Origin: Octopus vulgaris
Taxonomy: Eukaryota
Length of the DNA: 64,000 bases
Assembly (NCBI GenBank): GCA_951406725.2
Contig: OX597814.1
Location: forward strand, 133,858,001 to 133,922,000
Direction of reading: 5' to 3'
Part shown: in pieces, positions 54,319-64,000 of the stretch
Numbering within the stretch: position 1 is the first letter of the stretch
Layout: every line of letters begins with the position of its first letter
Notes under the pieces: generated by a model
Databases searched by the model: none
What the model was told of the DNA's origin: nothing
The model's input: only the letters and a program-made list of their open reading frames with translations
Position numbers and translations under genes: made by a program

Positions 54319-57013
54319 AAACACTAGCAATACAAGAACCATAAAATTGTATGAGGGACTAACAGATATATGAAGTTGTAAATGTAAAGCACGTTGAAAA
54401 AAACGGTGGAAAATATAATAATCATTAAGAAGTGTGTAGAATTAATGTAAATATTCCTAATAAAAAAGTAGAAAGAAATTTAACCTTTTAAATCGCACCT
54501 TTTACGAAAAAACTGTCACAAATACTAATACGAGAAAAATAGAAACGGTACTAAATTTACAGCGCGTTTACATCGGTACTAACGGTTTATATATTTTATG
54601 AACGATTGGTTACTTATATAAAAAACAACCGTATTATTACCAAGTATGACCTTTAGTTCATTTTAGCCATTGTGCCGTGGAAATGTCGGACAAATACAGA
54701 CTTCCACGATGTGACACAAGTAAAAATGTTTTCTTATATTAAATCAAGACCAACTATTTTTAATGGACGAATATATATGACGTGCTGAATCGACCTTAGC
54801 ACGTACATAGTACTAATGTCTTAGGTTATAAGAAAGTAAATAGCGTTGTTGATTTTGGGTGAATCTGAACTCACGAAGTCGATGGCATGCTCTGTAAGAC
54901 AGCTCCTCTACTGCTTCAGCTACTCGACCGTCTTGAGAGAGAAACAGTAATACATTTATTTAATGAAAATATTTTATTCTTACAAATATCAACTTTAGTA
55001 TTCTGTTACTACATTACAGCAGCAATAAAATAAGCATTACCTTTAAAATATTTCTTGAAGAAACAAGTTCAAGTGATCTGAAACAAAACTAATATCTTTA
55101 TTTCATGTTCGAAGTGATTTATATTAATGAGACAATTTCAAGAGGGAAAGGCAAAGTGTTAATACTTCGCCAAGAAATATTGCAACATTGTTCGAATATT
55201 CATGTGAATACAATGCAGAGAAGAAGAAAGTGACTTCGTGATATACATAACTTTCAAAAGGACGTTAAAAATAAAATGAAACTGAATAGACTAAGAATCG
55301 AGATCGTGCCTTGTACTCAGATAAGTAGAAATTAAGTAATTCTTTAAGTAATTCTTTATGAAAATCACCAATAACTCTTTTTGTTTTAAATTACTTCACA
55401 TAGGTATAGTACCTAAACTTAAAGTTATGTGTTTCGCGGCTTTGATAACAGCTCTACAGGTGTTACTGATGGACACTTTTTAATGAAGGTTAGAAAATAG
55501 TTACGAGTAAATGCATTCTAGAGTTGTGTTGTTATTTATTCTTGAGACATTTACAGTGTCTGAAATGGCTGTACATGAGATTAAATACCCACCGTTTCTT
55601 TAATTTCCTAAGTCTTAATCTTGCTATGTATGTTTTCAACTTACTTTGAAGCTTAATAAAATTCTATATTGGATCAATTCAGGTAAATTAGTAAAATTCT
55701 GTGCTGAATTAATACGTGACCCAATCATGTATTTAAATCATTTCAATCGACTTCAGTTCTGTAGTAAAGATCACAGATCATTTTGCACTTCTTCATTTCT
55801 TGCCGAATCTATTTTCATGCTCTTACTAGTTGACATTTGTTTCTAACCAAATCATTTTCTTATAATGACAGTTGATACATTTCACTTGAAATATATTCAT
55901 ACTCTGACTGAAAGATCGAGTTTTCCTTACTGCACTAACTTCATCTTCGCTGAAGAAGGCTGGGAGAGAATAAGCGGGAGGAATGTTCAAATAACTTGAG
56001 TACAAATGAATCCAAAATCAGTAGCAGAACAAGACTGATACAAACAGATGTCATGATTTCCATTTCTTATCTATTCATACTCTGTTGATGATTTTTTTTC
56101 TCTTCAGTGCAGGAGGCTGATGTATAGGGTAGTGTTATTGTCAACAAAGTTTTCGTTTTTCTACACTTCACTGATTCGTTTTATACTTCCCATCAGATAT
56201 TCTCTTTATAAAAGAATACAATTGTTTTTTTTTTTTTATATTTTCTTGCAAGCTGATGCACTATCGTAGAGTGGTAAAATTGATTGAGAGTAGATTTAAT
56301 TGTCCTACAGTGTTCAGATACTCCAAATTATGTTCTGAGTTCGGGCCTTTATGGATTTCAAAGATTGACAAAACCAGTTACTACTTGTATGCTTCCCATA
56401 AACGACAGTTTCCTCGTTCTCTAATTTCGAACAATTGTGACTGAAGGTGTTACGATATCTACAAAGATAACCCTTAATCACAATAGTACATTTTGACACC
56501 TACATGCTTAAATTATTGTACTTCACTATAGTCATTCTTGTATCTGTAACATGCTAAAGATCAAGAAGGATATATTTTAAAGGAAGTAATGACATATCAT
56601 TAGTCAGTGAGATAAAGTTTTGTTTTCTTCACCACATTATTATTAATTAGGTAAACGTTGCCTTTCTAAACACAGCACCAATTTTGCTTTAGTTTTGTGC
56701 GTTGGGATTTATTTTATCACAATTATTATACTTGAGTTGTATTTTTAAGGTACAGATTACAAACATGTGGTTAGTATAAATAACAACGCAAAATTACTCA
56801 AAACACGGGACCCTTGCTAATATCTTTATTCACTAACATAAGGAATGCCCTCTCGACGTTCTATTTGTTGGCAAGGATATATATTGAACTTTTCACACGA
56901 AAGGTACAGAAAGCCTATTTAATATATCTGTCAGGTAATTTCAGTTCTCTGAACAGGCAGATGCTAGAAAGCTTTTAAGATGCACTTGCATGTCCATTAT
57001 TTCAACAAAATTC

Positions 57014-57095
57014 ACGTTGACCCCAATACTTGACTGTTACTTAATTTATCGACCCGAAAGGATGAAAGGCAACGTTGACCCCGGTGGAATTTAGA
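57014..57095 (-). mobile_element. SINE family B fragment
   Basis: TTAATTTATCGACCCGAAAGGATGAAAGGCAACGTTGACCCCGGTGGAATTT. Confidence 0.8.
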
Positions 57096-57166
<71 letters not shown>

Positions 57167-57195
57167 TAATAATAATAATAATAATAATAATAATA

Positions 57196-57472
57196 GGTAT
57201 ACAGAAACTGAAAGAAGCCCGTCGTATATATGTATATATATATATGCGTGTGTGTGTTTGTGTGTCTGTGTTTGTCCCCCTAGCATTGCTTGACAACCGA
57301 TGCTGGTGTGTTTATGTCCACGTTACTTAGCGGTTCGGCAAAAGAGACTGATAGAATAAGTACTGGGCTTGCAGAAGAATAAGTCCTGGGGTCGAGTTAC
57401 TCGATTAAAGGCGGTGCTCCAGCATGGCCGCAGTCAAATGACTGAAACAAGTAAAAGAGTAAAGAGTAAAGA

Positions 57473-57473
<1 letters not shown>
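57196..57473 (+). mobile_element. SINE family A, 5'-truncated, between two (AAT)n arrays
   Basis: Starts at GGTATACAGAAACTGAAAGAAGCCCGTCG with an intact 3' half. (AAT)n at 57096-57195 and 57474-57526. Confidence 0.9.
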
Positions 57474-57526
<53 letters not shown>

Positions 57527-57799
57527 GAACAACAACAACAAGAGCACTCAAGAGTGCAAACCTCCTCCAACGCAACACTAACGTCCTCTCAACGATTAAC
57601 TGGAGATGATTTTTAAAATGAGAATATCTTAAATAAACTCGACTGCTCTCACAAACGAGAATATTAAAAGGGAACCCGATCGCTCTCAAAAATTAGGTAA
57701 AAAAAAAAAAAACAGAAAAATAAACCCGATCGATCCCAATGGTAGTCGTGTGCTGGCCGTGTTTGTAATGCAGTGTGTGTATCTGCAGTGGGAAAAGGG

Positions 57800-57910
57800 A
57801 CAGTTTTCTCTATAAAGGCCTTTTTTAGTCTATCTGCTGATACGGTGTCTTTACGACCGTTATGGTCTATAGTAAAAACTTTATCTGTGCGTGAAAGAAA
57901 ACGGAGATTT
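57800..57910 (-). mobile_element. Gypsy LTR-retrotransposon integrase C-terminal fragment
   Basis: FLSRTDKVFTIDHNGRKDTVSADRLKKAF resembles the segment after GPY in Ty3/Gypsy integrases (..TVS.DRLKP). Confidence 0.65.
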
Positions 57911-58252
57911 AGCAACATTATTCATGTCTCATCGGTAGATAATAGCGTGATGATATTTTCGGACAACTGCTTATGATGTGGGTGATACCTTCGATGTTAA
58001 CTCTTCAAAGTATGCATCTGTTATCACATTTTACTGCGTGTCCTGCATTGTTGTCCCATTTGTGCATCAGGTATTTAGTTGACATTTCCTGTTCCTGGAT
58101 TGCAAACACATACCCTTCAAAGTGGGAGGTAGTAACCCGGTTGTAGGTCCATAATAGACTGCTTTGACGATCAATGTTACTATTATGTAAATGTGTGTGT
58201 ATGTATGTATGTATACTGTTTACTAAAATTGAATTATTTGTATATGTGATAT

Positions 58253-58316
58253 CCAGTAACCGGCTGACGAATTTTTATACTTGTATAGTTTATCCGAAGC
58301 GGCCGTTAATCACTGG
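58253..58316 (+). ncRNA. Degenerate hammerhead-like motif
   Basis: CCAGT..CTGACGA-[..TATAC TT GTATA..]-GAAG-CGGCCG-TT..ACTGG. Stem III is palindromic; GAAA is mutated to GAAG. Confidence 0.5.
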
Positions 58317-59280
58317 TACCACAGCTATGACTAGGTAAAGTCTCTACGTTGAAACTTCTCCAGCATAAACTATGAAGTTAAACTCCGTGGACACCTAGAT
58401 TCTTTAAAAATTTCGTTCTTTCCCTTCATTAGTCCTCTAAATTCTAACCTACTGTGCCAACACCATTGACACAATAGTAGGAAATCTCTTAGAACCTGAA
58501 AGTTATTCAGAAACCAATTTCTAATTGATGCGATTGTTCAGAAATGTTAAGGAAAGTGTTGTTCAATTAAATAAACATCCGTACTAGATTATGTTGACAC
58601 TTTGTAAACAACGAAGAAGACTTGAACTCAGATCTCAGTGTCGCAAAAGAATTTTGCATTGCAAGCCACTTGCACCCAACCAATTTTATTTGAAAGTAAC
58701 TTTAATTTCTCTTTGGTTTTCATTCTCATTAAAAATCAATGTGTTGGCATATTATGAAAAAGCGAATTGAAATATAAAATGTTTCAAAATATGTCAATAT
58801 TTCTCTATCTGAAACATTCCCATAAATTGTTATATTCTAGATTCGCAGTTATACGATTATCTTTCGACTTCATTCTGCGCAGCAACTTTTGATTTTCTTT
58901 TAGAACTGTTCTCACATACGTTTCATATAATCTTGAGAAAAAGCAATAATACTGACATATCCCACATTCTCTACTCTCACCGCCCCAAGGTTATATAAAT
59001 AAGCATTTATTGATATATAACAATGATTATGAAATGTCAAATATGAAGCACAGATATTTAATGTTTAAGTTGCTTAATCATTATTGTTTGAAACTACTAA
59101 AAGTAGACTAAACGTTGTGTGTTAAGACAGTCTTCAATATGAATTTATAATTGAGACTGGATAAATATTTATTTATTCTGAACATTTCTGTGTTCAATAG
59201 ACGAGATGGTTTTAACCTTTTGTCTTCAGAACTACCCATGAATCGGTAATCAGCCTTACCTACGTGAAATAACATCCGAA

Positions 59281-59450
59281 ACGTCCTCAAATCGCACAGT
59301 AATTGTTCTTTAAAAGGAAAGACATTGGACGATACAATTCTAGATACATTATATCTGAAAAGTTAAATGATGAAATAGTCGCTACTGAAGCTCCTTAGAT
59401 TAAAGATCTGCCCAATTAGAACTTGCATGTGTTTAAACAACACCAACAAT
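59281..59450 (+). mobile_element. Old dispersed repeat (family E)
   Basis: Loose similarity to 17060-17122 joined to 17571-17670, and to 1640-1812. Confidence 0.35.
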
Positions 59451-61198
59451 ATCAATGAAACACACATGATTTTGTGCTCAAGGCCCAATGCAATAGGTTG
59501 TCTAATCAAACATTGTTTGTATATATCAATATCATAAACAGGGGTAATCTGAAGTACAACCAACCAAACAGACTATTGCATGACAGGGAAAAAATCCCTA
59601 TTCAATCCTTTTCGAATATTTTGTCTTTTTTTTTCTATCTTATATTGCAACTACAAAGACTTTCTTTAACTTTTCTACCTGTATCGCTTCTCCTACTTTT
59701 AACAACAGTTACTACTTCAATGTTTATCAAAGATGTATCTCTAAAACTACAAAGCTTTTCAACGCATTTCTTGCTAATTTTCCTCTCACATAGCTTTAAA
59801 CACTAACCATGTCAATCTTAACTGGCTTTCCAATATAATATGACTTAGCAAAGGACTCTTTTTTTACTACTCACCCGAGGTTAGAGATTGTTCAAAATCA
59901 TTAATAGCAAGACTAATCAGTTATAATTCCAGAATTTGAAAAAGAATCAGCGAGTAATAGATATCTTCCGTCGTATCTATTTTGGTGTTTACAGGTTCTA
60001 CTGTATTTTCCAGCATACAAGTCGACGTAATATGTAGAGTAAAAGTATAGAGAAAACATTCAAACATCACCACAATCTTTCCAAATCCTACTGTATTTCA
60101 CATAGAACTCTGTGCCCTCCAAAGTCTTCTATTTTTGGTTATAAATTCTGGTCTGAGGAATTCAATTTGTAAGCTGGAAAAATACGGCATCTGATATTCT
60201 TTATTCACTATACACTATTAACATTATTTACACCTCAAATAATCTTACTCCTCTAGATTAATTCATATTCTGGTGTGAACAAATAATTTTTTATTTCTAT
60301 TTGTGAAAATATATAGATCATGGTGACTAAACACATCTACTCTACGGAGACTGAAACTAATAAAAGAGTTTTAAAAATTATTATCACGATAGATATTTTT
60401 TACATTTCACCTATCATTACACAGCTCTCCTTCATAAATCTAATGGCAGTTAAGTATAGTATAGGAAATTTAGCCACAAACCTTGCTATTTCGACTTTAC
60501 CAGAAAACCAGAGATTCTGTATGCTGCATATACACGAAGTAGTTGAATATATAGACGCACATTTGATTAAGTTTCTTCTTTTATTATAGTTTTTGTTTGT
60601 TCAAATCATTTTTTGTTTTGGTTTATTGTTTTCATTTGGTCTTTTTTTCATAAACAATTTCTCTCAGTCATGTTTTGCTTTATACTGAAATAGTTATTTT
60701 AATGTTAAGGATGATGCTCAGCCTGGTGTCGCGCAAAAGAACGCGAATTCTCTGAGGAAAAGGACAGCCTGTAAATAACAAACGAAATCAAGTGTCTTTC
60801 TTTTATACCATTCTGTAGATAATTTTAGATACTATTTTTCATTCATATTCTTTCCTGTATTCATGTCCATCTTTTATCATTTTTCATTTATATTCGTTGT
60901 TTTCCTTCTCTCCTCAAGTTGTGCTTCTAAATTATTCAAACTATTATTGCCGTCTGTGTACTTTTGAATCAACGTCATCCAGTATAATGAACTCTTAATA
61001 CTAAATACACTAGAAAAAGCTGATATAGTCTTATAAGCAGCTTTTCCTATCGCTTACAGTCGTTTCTTTTTCCACTTTGATATGTTTTTTCTTTTCTTTA
61101 ATTCATTGATTTGGCTATAACTTAAATCGTAACTATTCTGTACCATTCATTCATTGGAATGTAAGTGTGTTTGTGTGGCGGGGAAATGTACATGTGTA

Positions 61199-61357
61199 GG
61201 CGCAGGAGTGGCTGTGTCGTAAGTAGCTTGCTTACCAACTACATGGTTCCGGGTTCAGTCCCACTACGTAGCACTTTGGGCAAGTGTCTTCAACTATAGC
61301 CTCGGGTCGACCAAAGACTTGTGAGTAGATTTAGTAGACGGAAACTGAAAGAAGCTC

Positions 61358-61445
<88 letters not shown>

Positions 61446-61656
61446 ATGTCTGTGTTTGTCCCACCACCATCGCTTGACAACCGATGTTGGTGTGTTCACG
61501 TCCCCATAACATAGGGTTCGGCAAAAGAGACCGATAGAATAAGTACTAGGCTTACAAAGACTAAGTACTGGGGTCGATTTGTTCGACTAAAGGCGGTGCT
61601 CCAGCATGGCCGCAGTCAAATGACTGAAGCAAACAAAAGAAAGTAAAAGAAAAGAA
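61199..61656 (+). mobile_element. tRNA-derived SINE family A, best-preserved copy
   Basis: GGCGCAGGAGTGGCTGTGTCGTAAG...GGTTCCGGGTTCAGTCCC...CACTTTGGGCAAGTGTCTT...(TA)n(TG)n...AAAGGCGGTGCTCCAGCATGGCCGCAGTCAAATGACTGAA. Confidence 0.93.
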
Positions 61657-61854
61657 ATGCTTTTATTTGTTAATGTTCTTATGAATGCGCAGCTGCTTCA
61701 TTCTGAGAGTAAACACTTAACATACAAAAGAATTTCGGAATTTTAAGAGAATATGAAAAGAATAAATACCTCCGTGCCGTTGGGTACACACATATACACC
61801 TACATACACACATGCATGAATACACAGACACAAAGAAGCAGATACACACACTCG

Positions 61855-62056
61855 TATGTCTTGTACTCTATTTTTTCGTTGTTTAAGAAATATGTCCATT
61901 TCCTTGGTTTTGCGTTTATGTTTTCGTTTCTCATTGTGTTCGACGTTTTTTTTTTTTGGTGTCCTGTACCCATATATGCATGTATATATACATATAGATG
62001 TAGGTACGTACAAATATGTATGTATATATGCATATGTTTTATTTATTATTTTGTTG

Positions 62057-62117
<61 letters not shown>

Positions 62118-62645
62118 TACACCGCGCATACGCATAAATACACATGCTCACGTAGACATACAAGCAGTCATATATTCATCCATACATATGAATGCAAACA
62201 AATATATAGTTATACTGTCTCCATGAGCTCGTCTTCCTCCCGTCCAGAAAATGTTTTCTATCGTCTCAGCTTAACACCCCTTATCGTTTGTTTTTACTGT
62301 TTTGTTCTCACTGCCCTGTTCTTTTTACTGTTTTGTTCTCAGTATCCTGTTCTTGTTACCATTTTCATCCTCCGCAAAAATTTCAAATTTTATTTAATTT
62401 GCTTTGCGGAAAGGACTGTTTCAACGAAGTCGCCTCTTGTCCTTGCCTTCGACCCGTGGAGTACTTGAAATAGGGACAACTGAAGAAGGGGAATATTCTT
62501 TATGTTGTATGTCTCGTTCTCATTGTGTTCAAAGTTGTTTGATGTTCTGTACCCATATATGCATGTATATATACATATATATGTAAGTATGTACATATAT
62601 GTATGTATATATGCATGTATTAATATATTATTAATATTACTATAT
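61855..62645 (+). mobile_element. Partial direct repeat, possible Penelope-like pLTR pair
   Basis: TTCTCATTGTGTTC...CTGTACCCATATATGCATGTATATATACATATA occurs at about 61928-62050 and 62517-62640, each ending at a TA/TG microsatellite. CTGAAGA plus a hairpin at about 62480. Confidence 0.5.
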
Positions 62646-62859
62646 ATACATGTGTGTGTGTGTGAGGGAGATGTAGATGAATATATGTATGCATAAAATC
62701 GATACTTTATTACCAAATCGGAAAGAATATTCAGTATATCGTCTAATGTACATACACGCATACACTCACACACACTCTCTCTCACGCATACACACAAACA
62801 CATGCTCCCACACACTCACACACGTATACATATGTATGCATGTATGTATAGATAGGTAA

Positions 62860-62956
<97 letters not shown>

Positions 62957-62970
62957 CAGATAGATAGATA
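62860..62970. repeat. (GATA)n microsatellite
   Basis: Read directly. Confidence 0.98.
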
Positions 62971-63193
62971 GGAATAAAATTTCTGTCAAAAACGATTAGT
63001 AACATGCTGATAAAAGATTTCATAACTTTCTTTTATTTTTTTAAATAACATTTTGGGGAAAATCCCCTAATCCCCTTTTTACTTAAAAGCTGTATTAAGT
63101 AATTTTTCACAAAGACATATATATATATATTAAAACCAAAGCAGAACGAGTATCTCACGTTATTTGGAATAATTTAAGTAACGTGAATTTGAA

Positions 63194-63270
63194 GTTTTAC
63201 AGCCATTTCTGGGGCAACCCAAGCGGTAGGATAGCATGTCCTGGCACTTGGTGTTCCGTCATCAAAGACA
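63194..63270 (-). ncRNA. Hammerhead-like motif with long stem II in a (TA)n-flanked insert (about 63131-63410)
   Basis: Minus strand: GTCT-TTGATGA-[CGGAACACCAAGTGCCAGGA..TCCTACCGCTTGGGTTGCCCCA]-GAAA-TGGCTG-TA-AAAC. Confidence 0.6.
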
Positions 63271-63540
63271 CGGTATGAATATTTCAGACGTGGAAAATTT
63301 ACAGTTTACAGGGAATAATTTTTTATTCACTATATTTTGAAGTTGTACGGATAATAACGTACTAATACTTAGTGCTTCAACTTAAGCACCTAATTCATCT
63401 GAATCTCAATTATATATATGTGTGTGTGTGTATGTGTGTGTGAGTGAAAAGATTTGTTTTACGAGACTAAAGGATATATTTAAATTATGATGGCAAATTA
63501 TTATACAGTATTATACAAAATAAATCTTTTTCCTCTAATC

Positions 63541-63572
63541 AAATGACCGGTTTCGCTGAAGCTGTTAGATAC
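63541..63572 (-). ncRNA. Degenerate minimal hammerhead-like motif
   Basis: Minus strand: CTAACA-GC TTCA GC-GAAA-CCGG-TC. Palindrome ACCGGT and a GUC triplet are present, but the core is eroded. Confidence 0.4.
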
Positions 63573-63660
63573 AATTCGAAATGATTAAATTTTGTATTTT
63601 GTTTGTTTGTGGGGGATAATTGGTAACGAAGGTATTTTTCAGTACAGGAAAGGTGAATCT

Positions 63661-63820
63661 GTAATTTTCAATATGAATTTATAATTAGTTCTATCTTATA
63701 TTTTTCTATAAATAAGGCCTCTTTATTTAGTCCGACTTATGTAATTTTCAATATGGATTTATATTTTGTTCTGGCATATATTTTTCGATAAATTAAGCCT
63801 CTTTATTTAGTTGCACTTGT
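63661..63820. repeat. 80-bp tandem duplication
   Basis: GTAATTTTCAATATG...GCCTCTTTATTTAGT starts at 63661 and again at 63741. Confidence 0.9.
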
Positions 63821-64000
63821 GTTGAGGTCCAAATAGCACATTGATATAATGGAAGATTAGAAATTGTGGTTGAAGTTGTTCTGAACATCTGTCAATGTGT
63901 TCGTGGATATGTATCTGGCGATATTGTGGGGAAAAAGTCTGTTGGCTGTGGACTGTACATCTACATCTAAGAGAAATTCCTGTGGAACCTATATAGTTTT

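Noticed and set aside
55945-55990. CTGAAGA as a hammerhead core
   Set aside because: There is no stem II, GAAA or palindrome. The region looks more like a minus-strand LINE remnant.
60750-60790. CTGAGGA-AAAGG ACAG CCT-GTAAA hammerhead-like string
   Set aside because: GAAA is not intact and there is no stem III or stem I, so it is compatible with chance.

Overview
This is eukaryotic DNA, not prokaryotic. It is AT-rich, saturated with microsatellites and dominated by repeats; the repeat families look like those of an octopus (cephalopod) genome, which is my recognition and is unverified. No intact protein-coding gene can be supported, and most listed ORFs are translated microsatellites. The window holds four tRNA-headed SINE families in many copies, a tandem cluster of decayed R4/Dong-clade LINEs (33-40 kb), RTE LINE fragments, a Helitron 3' end, and Merlin, mariner, pogo-like, piggyBac and Gypsy remnants. 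It also holds several Penelope-like remnants embedded in (TA)n arrays. The most notable signal is a dispersed set of about seven minimal hammerhead-ribozyme-like motifs (CUGANGA...GAAA plus a palindromic stem III, in various states of decay), mostly in those (TA)n-flanked inserts. Other highlights are a TSD-bounded trimeric SINE, a SINE insertion whose removal restores a LINE reading frame, module swapping between SINE families, and two candidate minus-strand micro-exons. All calls were made by eye, without alignment or database searches.
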